Source: a virus. From it: 64,000 nt of DNA. The position numbers were made by a program, and so were the translations under genes. Positions 54,901 to 58,735 of this stretch are shown piece after piece. Every line of letters begins with the position of its first letter. The stretch's first letter is position 1. The stretch is from the IMG/VR virus record IMGVR_UViG_3300020470_001313, positions 64,001 through 128,000 of that record. One strand, given 5' to 3'. The notes beneath the pieces were generated by a model that worked only from the letters and a program-made list of their open reading frames with translations, ran no database searches and had not been told where the DNA came from.

Positions 54901-57900
54901 TAGAGTAGCAGTTGGAGATGAAGTATACTCAGAACCAGCAGAAGTTATGTTAACAGTCTTAATTGGACCTCTAACAGATGCTTCTGCAAGTGCTCCTGAT
55001 CCACCACCACCTACAATAGTGATTTCTGGCTTAGATGTATATCCAGTACCACCATCGTTGATTAGAACTCTTGAAACTGCCTTATTAACAACAACAGCAG
55101 TTGCAGATGCTCCAGATCCACCTCCACCAACAATAGAGACTAGAGGAGGTTCTGTATAACCAGATCCAGCAGCACTTAGATCAATTGCAGTAATAGAACC
55201 GTTAACAACGACATTACCTGTTGCTCCTGTACCGCCACCACCAGAAAGTGTTAAATTTGGAGGTGCAGCAGCATCATATTCAGATCCAGCACTATCAATG
55301 CTAATAGCAGTAACTTTACCAAATATTTTCTTTAAATCTGACTTATAAGACCATACAGAAACACCATTTACCCAGGAACCAGTTGCACCTGGGTTAATTG
55401 CATCTTTTGTTGAAATTGTTTGAGAATTTCTTGGAAAACGAAGTAATTTACGCTGGTTTCCTGGAATAAGTGCCTGACCTTCAAATGGACCTACTTTATA
55501 GTTGGGAATACCTGATGCAGCAACATAAACGTAGTCATCATTGAAGAATGTGTTCTGAATGTTAGTAGTATAGATGCTAATAACGTTGTTAACAGATTCA
55601 ACGTCAGATTTACCTCTATTAAGGTCAACAGAGATCAAAATGTTACCTTGAGGAATTGTAGAACCAGGTTGTGGTAATTGATACTTAAATACGGTTGCAG
55701 ATTCCCTAGATTGAACCAAATAGGTTCCATTGTATACAATTGGGTTTGCACCATAGATGGTTACCTGATCTCCTACCAAAAGTCCATGTGGATTACCACA
55801 AGTAACAGTTGCAGTCTGATTATTCAGTCCACCGTACTCAATACTAGTAACAGAAACTAATTTCTTAACATTATAGTTCCAAGTATCAAGTAATTTGGCA
55901 TCTTCAGAAGCACCTAACTTAGAAACTGTTAATTTATCTCCAGGAAGGTAATAACTACCATCATCGGTCAAAGTTGTGTTTTCTGCCTTAACAATACCAA
56001 CTAATTTGATAGTAACTTGAGTTTCTTGTCCGTAGTTAACATAAACATAGAAATTAGACGTTACTTCAGTAGCAGAATCCCAATCTTCTACAACACTGTT
56101 AACTGAACGAGTACATTCAATGAACTGGTTAAGTGATTTCTCTTTATAACGTATTAATTCATTTCCTACAAGGATTTCACCGTTTCTTTCTGGCCAACCA
56201 ATAGTAGAGTCAACTGTAATAACACTATCAGTTGTACTAATACCTTCAGCAAGTTTTGTCTTATATGGAATTGTAAATTCACCAGTAATAGTCTCTTCTG
56301 ACAATACAATTTCAAATATTTCTAATTCTGAGGTCTTAATTGAGATAAAGTTCTCAATTAGAGCAGATGCATCCTTAATATTGGGATCTACATTGTCAGA
56401 AAACTGTTGAATTAGACCATCAGAAAGATTTGCAGCACTACCTTCAGTAATTACACAACGAAGGATAGTATCAACCTGCCAAGTAGCAGCAGATGGTTTA
56501 ACAATCTGTTCTTTAGGGTAAGATACACTTACATCCTCACCATAAAGAATTTTGAACAAATATGCAATAGATTTTGGAGTTCCTTTCGCAGAATAGAACG
56601 TTCTAATGTTCTTAATAACAGTATTGATGTTAATCGTATTAAGATCAATCTTAGGAATGTCTGGAAGATACTGTTCTGTAAATTTAGACAACATCTTCTC
56701 AATGAAGACACCATCTAAACATTTAACGGTACTTGTAAGAACAGGATGAACTGCTGGATAGGTCTTATTCTCAAATATAGCATTTCCGTCTTTGTCATAT
56801 CCTACAAGACCAGAAACACCACGAGCACAACCAATAAATTGTGCTTTAGTATAAGCAGAACCTGATTCTATAACTTTAAATCCAGTAACTTCACCAAATC
56901 CTACTTCAGCAGAGGCAGTAGCAGAAGGTGGTCTCTGAATAATGATTGTTGGAGGTTCAGTGATACTATAACCAGTACCAAAGTTGGTAATATTAATATC
57001 AGTGATTTGACCGTTGAATATTGAAGCAACAGCAGTTGCACCAGTACCACCTATAAATTGACCTGAATTATCCTTCCTATTATCTACAATGTAAATTGAA
57101 GGAATATCAACATAACCAGAACCACCAGAAAGTAGTTCAATATCAACTACACGTCCAGTAGTGTCAACAGTAACATCAAGAATTTGAGCAGCACCTGGGT
57201 CAATTATAGCGATTCTAGGAGGACTTGTATATCCTCTACCCCTGTTAACAACACTAAACCCACTTACAGCACCATCTGTTATTTCAGCAGTAATTTCTGC
57301 CTGTACAGGATCAGCACCAGTAGGAGGATCAACAAATACAGTAGGAGGAACAGTATAACCTACACCACCCGATAAAACGCTAATAGAAGCAGGATCTACA
57401 CCATTATTAGCATCAAGAGTACAAGAACTTAATTTACCTCCACCTGGATCCTTAAAGACGATTCTAGGAGTAAACGTATAGTTACTACCAGAGTTTGTTA
57501 ATTCAATTGCAGTAACAGCTCCATTCTTAACTGTTGCTTTTGCAAGAGCAGAAACACCACCCGCAGCAGTTGGAACCTGAATATCTACGATAGGTGGTTG
57601 TAAATCACTATATCCTGCACCACCATCTAGTAGAGTTAAATTCTTAATACCATTTACAAGTGATTCAGCAGATGCACCACCACCAGAAGTAGTTGTAACT
57701 ACAGTAACAGCAGGAGGATTAGTTAACCTATAATCTCTACCACCATTCTTTACTTTAATACCAGAAAGCTTTCCAACATTATCAATTTGGGCAACAGCAG
57801 TTGCTCCAGTACCAAAACTGGTAATAGGTGCCTCAATTGATCCAATATACGCCCTTTCATCAGCAGTAGGGGCAGTTTTAAGTTTTAAAGTCTGTTTAAG

Positions 57901-58716
57901 TCCATCACTAACAACAGAATAGTCAATATAAGGAATAAGCAGTTTATCACCAATAATAACGTTCAAATATACCGTTAAAACTGGAGTATAACTAACTTCT
58001 GACTTTTCTAGGTCAAATTCAGTCTTAGAACTGTTAAATTGACTAGAAATTGGGTCTAAAACCTGTACAGAATCCTGTAAAAATCCTTTTAAGTAGAAAA
58101 TCGCAGTTTCTTCTACAGAGTCGGAAGGGTTAGGTGATCTTGGAGGATCTTGGAATACTATGTCTGTTCCACTAATAGTGAAATCTACTGTTGGAATTAG
58201 ATACTTACCAAATAATCTTACTACAATATGATCAGCACTTGGAGGTGCAATTGGAGCATTTTCTGAAGCTAACGGAAATGACCTCTGAACACCGTTAAAA
58301 GTCAAATATGGACTCTGTAACTCAATCCACTTTTCCCTGAACTCTGGATAGGATACACCGTCTGTTAAAGAGATTTCTGGTGATTTATCTGCCCTTTCAT
58401 AGTAAATAATCTCATCATTTACCAAGAGCGAACCATTACTCTCAGCAAAATCATCAACACTCTCTACAGTTATAACATCTGCCTTACTAGTAACCTCTTC
58501 AAGTAAAGATGTTTCACTTTGAATTAGGTTAAAGTCATACTCGTCTATATTCAGGTAATCCCTGAACTCATTTACAATATTTTGGGGTTGACCAGTCTTT
58601 TCCTGACCCTTATAGTAATATTGTAAGAACTTCTCAAATGCTGGATAATCAGACCTGATAAAATCAGGCAACTGATTAAGGACATTCTGCGATACCTTAT
58701 TAGTTGTACTTGTCAT
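30988..58716 (-). CDS. gp7: Giant baseplate wedge initiator (gp7-like), 9,242 aa, multi-domain
   Basis: Lies between gp6 and gp8; NKVS...QLPDFIR...F.KFL.YYY, IKNIRTFYSAKGT...LFKILYG and KIQDSYFYQDFSY...HPAGFKVFG motifs; contains a YHYH domain, beta-propeller-like repeats, two LamG-like domains, helical repeats and 26 YPR modules. Confidence 0.88.
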   Translation of the reverse strand: MTSTTNKVSQNVLNQLPDFIRSDYPAFEKFLQYYYKGQEKTGQPQNIVNEFRDYLNIDEYDFNLIQSETSLLEEVTSKADVITVESVDDFAESNGSLLVNDEIIYYERADKSPEISLTDGVSYPEFREKWIELQSPYLTFNGVQRSFPLASENAPIAPPSADHIVVRLFGKYLIPTVDFTISGTDIVFQDPPRSPNPSDSVEETAIFYLKGFLQDSVQVLDPISSQFNSSKTEFDLEKSEVSYTPVLTVYLNVIIGDKLLIPYIDYSVVSDGLKQTLKLKTAPTADERAYIGSIEAPITSFGTGATAVAQIDNVGKLSGIKVKNGGRDYRLTNPPAVTVVTTTSGGGASAESLVNGIKNLTLLDGGAGYSDLQPPIVDIQVPTAAGGVSALAKATVKNGAVTAIELTNSGSNYTFTPRIVFKDPGGGKLSSCTLDANNGVDPASISVLSGGVGYTVPPTVFVDPPTGADPVQAEITAEITDGAVSGFSVVNRGRGYTSPPRIAIIDPGAAQILDVTVDTTGRVVDIELLSGGSGYVDIPSIYIVDNRKDNSGQFIGGTGATAVASIFNGQITDINITNFGTGYSITEPPTIIIQRPPSATASAEVGFGEVTGFKVIESGSAYTKAQFIGCARGVSGLVGYDKDGNAIFENKTYPAVHPVLTSTVKCLDGVFIEKMLSKFTEQYLPDIPKIDLNTININTVIKNIRTFYSAKGTPKSIAYLFKILYGEDVSVSYPKEQIVKPSAATWQVDTILRCVITEGSAANLSDGLIQQFSDNVDPNIKDASALIENFISIKTSELEIFEIVLSEETITGEFTIPYKTKLAEGISTTDSVITVDSTIGWPERNGEILVGNELIRYKEKSLNQFIECTRSVNSVVEDWDSATEVTSNFYVYVNYGQETQVTIKLVGIVKAENTTLTDDGSYYLPGDKLTVSKLGASEDAKLLDTWNYNVKKLVSVTSIEYGGLNNQTATVTCGNPHGLLVGDQVTIYGANPIVYNGTYLVQSRESATVFKYQLPQPGSTIPQGNILISVDLNRGKSDVESVNNVISIYTTNIQNTFFNDDYVYVAASGIPNYKVGPFEGQALIPGNQRKLLRFPRNSQTISTKDAINPGATGSWVNGVSVWSYKSDLKKIFGKVTAISIDSAGSEYDAAAPPNLTLSGGGGTGATGNVVVNGSITAIDLSAAGSGYTEPPLVSIVGGGGSGASATAVVVNKAVSRVLINDGGTGYTSKPEITIVGGGGSGALAEASVRGPIKTVNITSAGSEYTSSPTATLSSGEGAQAQAIVNNGRIISIAVINAGNGYTTPPTVEIYGTGFGAVAKAIIDTDGENAGRVTSITISNRGINYESGTTIIVLSSVGKDAKFTASVQDWNYNLAGPEQKPLQVGNETRGGYIPTTVLDDAQGSVFSGLNNQYGGEYAHLSNPKRLRYVLGDNLIEDANGKLTEATSNITHSPILGWAFDGNPIYGPYGYSDPTDQSSNVRRLEPSYSLKPELVYNEVTNTIPVRTGGPLLPPIDAFGRETVILTDSDDDGIPDSYYGTPPTNTFPAGTFVEDYTYNFGVGDLDRYNGRFGKTPEFPEGVYGYFITIDATEDGNPVFPYIIGPSFNSSVDKWNLAATAVQQNIPTGVIRYRDPYENVDIDVERTPNATADLLTTEDGLELTFDPIWEDADGDQVIDTNYQQNGNRLATRQDDRVFRLTYDQSTIAMAEGQQYVVPAFVTNNAQFAPSTSAITVQVLHNGLGVNTALVRAISNENFHKAFDGTYDQYIGLDFTYDNNGTSQSANITDIEYVGFRATYEITNTETTAEELTDVGSLLEENKLELFDYFPKVRFDSKVDIEVETTTKFEDAAVSSFVVENPGDSYQVNDRLVFDNTDTEGYGISAVVRTIEGKSVSSYSYELIDDVPHGVVECAEPHDLLATDRVLIDYTPNSASELETYKVKVVDGIEKINVTQVGTGYNDDVPISVEIDGVGQHAAITPIIDTGNGTVSEFNIVRSGNGFTSAPKLVISHPQSFKKAEYFLNNTNNLKNSVSNAIFTDDSTKDYYVCGNTLDEFNNRVGFAAKYSQSGDLIWSKTARSEQPSGQDTYCDFSAIYVDITSDTQDVYVTGTTKPNSLNINYNPDVVLMKFNQSSGGANVGIQYQKEIAGISGSTRADIVTAITKVGENKFCIGGYTNTNTSNPYDAFLIVFNENLIIQQKRKIASTDSSEKVTDIKYNPDNGRFYALLEVAPTSNSPQKTFAIAHCEAQQFQLAVHKVTNFTATSYNIWDPRFDIDEFGDFYVSGTAYSGSNSNSIIVTKVTVDDDVVWGKRWTPTGGTTWRNLKAIGGNIDVFGQYNVACNYEVNESTAEYDSYRKQSEVSKIKYDGTLISTNVIKFTRNITGFEINAFISDASGDPVVVGQAFRNEVIGLFNFEQTSETEPVDTTGNITNRQLIGDYYKGSNITSGAPNGKGSTGGLMIDAWDGSAWSDTHLELEPGNNTGIWGFGDSFDINGDWTIEGFYSVDETNDQQDTRLGAVGSTHHILFGVGHGNEPGITVMLNRSNKRLEMFASATTQRTAGAISSVDNVLINNVGYVHVALTKAGNVYTLYANGIQVGTGTLPGNSNIATTAKIYMGNSPNWTGAATGVAVTTAGSFNVDGFKITDRVIQVIVPSTTADFNTYLQKYTYAVDCGLILKTDKNVDTSRQGDFTGTNTKWQFNTAAYTYSNVTDQVINSGSLTLAGEGLQVLDYNDVNSTLVLDSLTISSTTDVWSTRTATIPAIGGRKVKATPETWGKFYIQTVDAIQADNILKFTFNQPATFNVGSQLQQKNAGGQVIGTATIVETDDTGVYVASYGNATDWVGWEDTGEIVSTGTEVNEIPSQTFANQDFDATAGQGTFIFNIPGGLSARFKDYNINDYTVRIDATAPAGSPYIVGSVITPTSDTVSWNADKTELTIGASPNQLTAVTQITLITNLEKIIVLDDAANTDKIYFTTAEAHRHSVGDNLLISGNDLDEFNGSFNVTNVLSTRSFIVGLRGTAVGLPVAASLIDIYAKHPVLKMYYQHKYKFMLGDESLQGYFMSFSKDNLFKLEYSFNSITRVGTPGYQVGNQPEPYVQISINNDVTNISYYFDPSRTGDTSPVDDSTYMDVVTTPYHGNFVIYSTSGGTITTGDTIFKFPLTSEPEGTAQASLVKYTTFSEKAVGPIGDIRLVNGGGFYKKLPVISNIVSNRKIERVAITEPGTEYAVGEYTGVPIAGDGEGGKVNITVADGEDEDGNNIPGQISEVIVTDPGKNYTTATIDIESITGILGAGLTGSGAELDVVIPPNGSGASVFVKADKIGKIKKLKNNNFGFDYTHDYTLRPEITFPVNVQLTSTNILDSITVTDPGSGYATPPAVIIAGGGGTGATAEASIKNGRIDAIEVKDPGAGYSSQPDVTLKSSFNYVVNLDLNLLQFSFPHGIVNGSAVTLTANDDGSGDDPELPISSFGRLNANTTYYAISGITNSLENDQLRLAITKDNAAIGDYISYTNAGTGRQVVLTDSFGGAATANVVTGRFLAGELLYQGDSLETATATGYVSENDGWQIGPRILKIVDYTGTFSKNQIVTGTISKASGTIDNFSIAKGVLEVGAITTTPGRFVDDVGKPSEIIQKIQDSYFYQDFSYSVKAPVSISDWRDILITNVHPAGFKVFGELGLVEKSTIENKETAFELTKSVNLAESAIVPNLQNFTLVEPVYTEFDNTEVRFRQKNLTSSEQILTSTVQKINDISDQFDGEKISFPLTVQNINQDGNVVTEPVIASANQLLISLNGIVQSPGDAFTVQGSNIVFSSPPQPPANVQYSNATLEFKTIHRANLSTISGIFPLIGGTIRGIVTDYEAIVVATGLTSVDFYYKTTAGQPFQTDDPSTTLTYEGEAITSSATGFTANVDSITTLTNTNLFQFKEDIENLRGDNAKIERVNLEGDNGQVLTTVPAGLSASGNTFDVASGYALAKVTLTTAGTGYIDNIDGVTTTGGSGTGMTVEVEADGSGVITSVKIKERGTGYSLGDVVTISGGGNQDATVTIVANAGGVYQIDSERFEVSSIIGNTVTANRGVDGTTVVGHQTDSNVFGTTIEIGDTVLLSKTAGTYQSTAGLFDIVIGDIIIGQQSAIVAEVVGISAYRDPVTNEPNNQVIISEGSTFQGLVFNRITNINFQNVVLDNISQTQLQLTDINDVNAEFNSKFPNSEVVSNLILEYNNAAGTFTVDEDIRNHIVNYSNISGDLIDGETVRLYKLAYDEPKVTPDGLILSGDIIRSENGTAQVIGTNYARKYLYLGKVARRSTDLHVPVAQSGAINATLQKKFGSASLYLNGSAYVSVPTSTEFGFGNGEWTVECWFYAASVTGTQHLIDFRTQASEASPCIRLDGTGLEFHVSGADVITGGTVTQNTWHHVAVSRDGNNHRMFLDGTQVGSTWTNATDYGTTKPIKIGADHAAANQFQGYVDELRVSNNKRYTTNFTVATYMHQGDANTLLLVHFDGANLSTTFQDWSGVPTWNEGDQFLTGDTTFRFFDASTEILNNVELIANEAIYQTDKEFVKLHIPHPDTEVPITYGKEFYNVIQSNLDFIAAEAYDRISPEPPPGTGPIDCKDDVKDIIRNISYNLTYGYNNKTYDAAKLYVNNAKLDHLKGKESFSIRVFNEARDITKRVINNSPVLQYNGFKASDATYEPVSGDLTVDIGKSHNFIVNSTRSNGSACVTANSLKFTCAMDGNKSEHTYPRLEDQAYLRKNPVKEVGITSHTIDNATYDPETGILQLWVPGHKFVDGNSVQILGKSLVFTCDQDDHHTDHNYPRTTDPWNGRWLKISNSNPDSFEVNVGKSLSYTFTPTDGTYDPTTGDMVLDIGTHSLAAGQTIKIQPNSLVWTCALDSNATEHTYPRTAIDTHQAASGSTYAPLTGVLDVTTAATHGMQVGDWIKFDEGAITFNCTMDGGSSNKAYPRQTDPTYDKWLQVESIPSTTRFTVNVGKSPAVNYTPTDASYNPTTGIMELTIGTHGMVVGDAIKLAQDSLTFTCDYNNDNHSTTKTYPRSNGNDSVTYNTSIAITAVGDAVLTPTFADYNPTTGHMTLTIKDHPIQNGDKIKIANNALSFTCDHDNHDTVHSYPRATDEASGKWLSVFNRTPDTVTVQILPAVPSTNTTAHTFVSCTAGCVTGKDMTISMQVLPSAPSTDQTEHRFVSASAGAVETGGNYTHTFVSGTANGIKQKRDKVYDTSIPIKYEGTPYTAAQSDTDYEPTTGVLTIGQTGHNFTVGEYVKIVDESLTFQCNTDSYGSNHLYPRPTDPASGQWLRINAVATNSFDVQIGKSSDTSNHNCTAVATNGIIRRDSKITVNVGVSSNTSAHTFVRADNNCIETGTGENVEGFSVSGASYTPASGVLELTIGDHDFSVGEYVKIANNSLNFVCNHNSDNYITNKSYPRTTDPAYNKFLKITDIGTNSKTATGATYEPTTGLLTITSAAHGFVSGQRIKIVDSSIVFTCLAGGGTHAYPRSTDPISGKWITVTVVDADTFKCNVGVSSNTTTHSFDSAVANGIQYQSGTIQVNALQGTTPTNTSTHQFVNANNQYTPTDADYDPATGWMTLTLADHTFASGEYIKVADAGLVFTCATDDNKTQHSYPRETDPFSGKWMKIGKVTTDTFAINVGPTSNNTVHTFVSAVFNCLTRAVVYNGGAYNHVFKSHAPHGLLGQDGNITFNVGSSPEVGHDVSAATYTPADGNLVLNIGKHNMNVGNGIKIDTDSLTFQCNMDSQNTNKTYPRATDPVHNTTIPITAVGQTQHTVVAGNHAFVSALSGGIRDASATGNTYTVTGAVYTAETGNLVLTVGADGTDSLAASDEVQMKVSSLTMTCDLDNNATNHAYPRATDPIFTTLGTGTADATWSRVIPITKSGNDITMNVGIGTAGTRYNPETGVLTLDIQNHGWSGPTNLTGASGTTYDPATGELSVTTTAVHGLANGARVRFEEGAFTFSCAMGSGNKTYPRKSDPTFGEWLDVDVDSTTVFKVNVGKSPLKDFHVAHADYDHLTGDLVLEIGNHDLKVGTAIKLAKESLVFTCSNDGYATTHKYPRTTDPAYNAALNIKGVTATTITINVNVGSSGNQFAHKFVPAVGLTPSAATYNPGNGTLQMTINGHGLESTGRIKIAEDALQFTCDMDHHETVHSYPRSTDPVANKWLDVTVVDANTITVPVGQTPIVNHDVTNAVYTPNTGEMVLTVGHNHGIKKGQGIKIAANSLSFKCQQDATAQEPDGVTTHTYPRNTIDTSTVNTASYDPATGHLTLTVPLHGYKYGEKIKIADNSLTFKCAKDGNATNHSYPRGSDYASGRWLPIFDVTSTTFKVQVLDLAPSTNPDTHIFESATNNGISIQRDPYYDRTIYVDDVSRTTITINVGISSNVSAHTWVGGTSSNAVQSGGNYTHTFVNAVNNSILTSVVRTGGNYTHTFQSAAANGIKVAGDQVKLDNDALKFTCKLDNDTTYHSYPRPKDPSASQWIPIENLTTHTFDIQIGKSPDTSIHTFNSCVGNALKKQTGEITVNVGASPQVLYDVAGATYNFTSGDLVLNIGAHDLIEAQSIKLADSSLTFQCTYGGSPVQVAYPRGTGSGYVGGTPAGADYAWQRALPITAVGKNQHTVTGATYTASTGILKLTIANHGFTDQDKVRILDNSLTFTCNKDLHQTLHTYPRGNDPISNKWMAISNITDNTFDVQVGQTTIGDFEHIFISATSNGLETQTGTITVDVKPITSVGSPTAHTFIGATAGAVIAGGNYTHTFQSATAGAVKTGGGYAHTFVSSEDNAITSHGEIQQTNSNIPFVYGGYPEANARLDALMKIVTDTLSDPGANRTLEYPSSVNFIQRTHPSFSKCVRDAKEWVKAICYDLRNEGNSKSWDTALYYVDRSDTNNITINHISGEEGETVWAIAKVRDFMINVMRGDAISITGDHGYEQVIDTTITRDTANPYCQDVASAITTYTGIISDTIDKANSLTPSDHLGTVTRTAPTSETGGGVVDAYVTSEWTCDKEFPDDDLFVSNQLNPDALNRYKDAANLIRANATVIVDETAGDMLARYPDLVQDMPRNAGGASGLGTIRCKTDLGLILDAIAEDLEFGGNANTVTAFRYYLGSDGEILHIRLQLLQSLYAHERLAFYAKAAIDGTLVANYSTNVIIPPAGITVDGGGCANVKASIDTLVNLMNSTLSPTGDRFADAADLMIFNKEYIAIEAVGLMQEKFSYIDAGSNTIRVFDYPGGDTDGKNKCIRDMTLIVDSIASDLLVGGNYSSVEAAKKFLDTSNNIVQVEDQLAQTAEAIQRTGFLCKKAVNNLLQSTGAGQLTPEHYVGRFSDQNINPAVTDLTITDSQDDGYNTDYTAQDCANVQSAIDTLIETIIEILVPAGKQGREAALQILVGDEYFEEEIRSSTIADWGGVWEEAEETAFLKQVKDDAIYDLLSTSDLIGTPYTPTAVSYTPSTGKLVLTIPGHGMTPYTKHTPTGAAFTPATGAMVITLSGHGFKNGDKIKIDDNSLTFKCALDNSVTKTYPRSSDPASGRWLTIAAVTTNTFEVNVGISSNTSAHTFQTALSDCLQKQNDVIQIKPNSLTFTCAMDDDSSYHSYPRPTDPFYKKDIAVEAVTTNTVTVDVGKSTAGTYTPTAADYNHITGDMELTVGSLDVSNATYNPTSGDMELTVGNNHGLTTDDTIGLKPESITFTCAAATGTHTFVTGTTNGLTFDVGGTLSQKTAAAGTTYDPATGLLVVEIGSHSYTTSDTVEIADQAVIFTCDADNHATQHPYPRSSDPASGQTLPIDAVTATTVTIDVGQSTQTQSAYPRLTGSRAVGGIDYAAKNRLAITATSSTTITVNVNDPNGGAISVPVAHTYASSLPGAVMTGHRLLAGTSIRLAPNSLTFTCTQGAGNQTYPRTTDPYYNKSINIKSVGTDNVDDPDDATYNPNNGILTLNINNHGISAGDLIKLDDGAITFKCALDNEISVHAYPRATDPKSQKWLEPTIINNDSFSINIGASPDTSTHTYVTCKPNGIKKQDGTIIINVGVAASADQYPHTFVAGQAAAINAIQTGGDFTHTFTSADEGCIEGPVSTANLNNTAALQNIRLITSPVSSETQSDNIWPSGQRETFDAGGWTVSGGTISNDIGVAPDGTSTADKYIPGVNTDPKVIERTFNLPTFDTFDSATLTFDDTNNNFDEGSSLSYQEYTFSCFVKQDEYYKFRHSISWSATDQAEFTWDAVTGAIGPSLFINGNVVVGDGSPSNDMKGTFWGVKPYGFGWFRPFITIRVPFGISSITMKEYMLNNTGTLAGGGSQGDGTSGSFIWGAKLNKGFLDIYQSEAGEKFYISDEFNIKNYILDKFEDFVEEQLNNNLTNPAPDSGTIPAYKPELNIYYDTPEVMFRIKNTIRLYKSQLVDDSFYEQQTGFVGVTLPVVTYVAGGSRNIPVGLGQKLVGSDHFYGIGSDSYAEIEKVTSNEARIAKIFKRFSFKADQVTLGSGNADFALGEIVQITGNAAITGVVYATSSDDNFRYMDVVISAGTFTQYLGITGQTSGAALAGGTNLVGSITNLTNAGANANRTQGSYDGIAATGGNGSNATFNVTVDDQGAANITIANGGTGYGVSDVLTLPDALLGNGGAPNITFEVGTLTNAGIQTIVDRFQVINLVNEMKPGYSFKGYSSGAKADIVSFNKNEGAVLDNTGGKLTLDTESVIGSFEENSIVYPDATRIYLDVTKHPSIAANIATGDKVVATGYTRLGVTLTGPNATLDFTVGQYVYQANNNQSIIEGGAYGIVTGWDDSNNYLYVSPIGSSAFANGQYIGQYQLGETSSPIIYGQVSTTVNATTTAYGTVSRIDEIGLTNRVYLSDVVGTFTGNDTIISDDGYKAASSEKIDVVGRTSRWFVGFDGTQTQFKLTEQNGTPYFPDPEGHMMIFVNGILQPPGAAGSYTAFSDIIQFNEAPTIGSSFTGFYVGKMRQLDDISFEFDSLRSSFNLKRDGTFYSIALTEGVQATESIIADNNIIISLNGVIQQPGIGFELVGSRVVFKETPRVGSTFVGFAYIGSDADVTQSEVVPPIEAGDLLDIQGETEDREVAVIESSNTLVTFEYIGSVFGRDAQGNATIVKNRIDSVQVTNPGSGFSARPVIRVDSASGFDGAVKALVGVSRVDTTAPGSGYNYPGVTITQVVADDWTAPDLSAYGEEALYKEEIVDSDVINVTPENLANVDSGDIPGQGSSPAGTGTTLGVFAVTSIWSSTP
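34480..36378 (-). repeat. Cluster 2 of ~105-aa YPR modules in gp7 (6 copies, nested)
   Basis: Six YPR motifs; module ATYxPxTG...FTC...YPR.TDP...VNVG.S...HTF. Confidence 0.85.
38325..44710 (-). repeat. Cluster 1 of ~105-aa YPR modules in gp7 (20 copies, nested and branched)
   Basis: Twenty YPR motifs in about 2,130 aa. Confidence 0.9.
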
Positions 58717-58735
58717 TGATTATTTTGGTTCAGGC

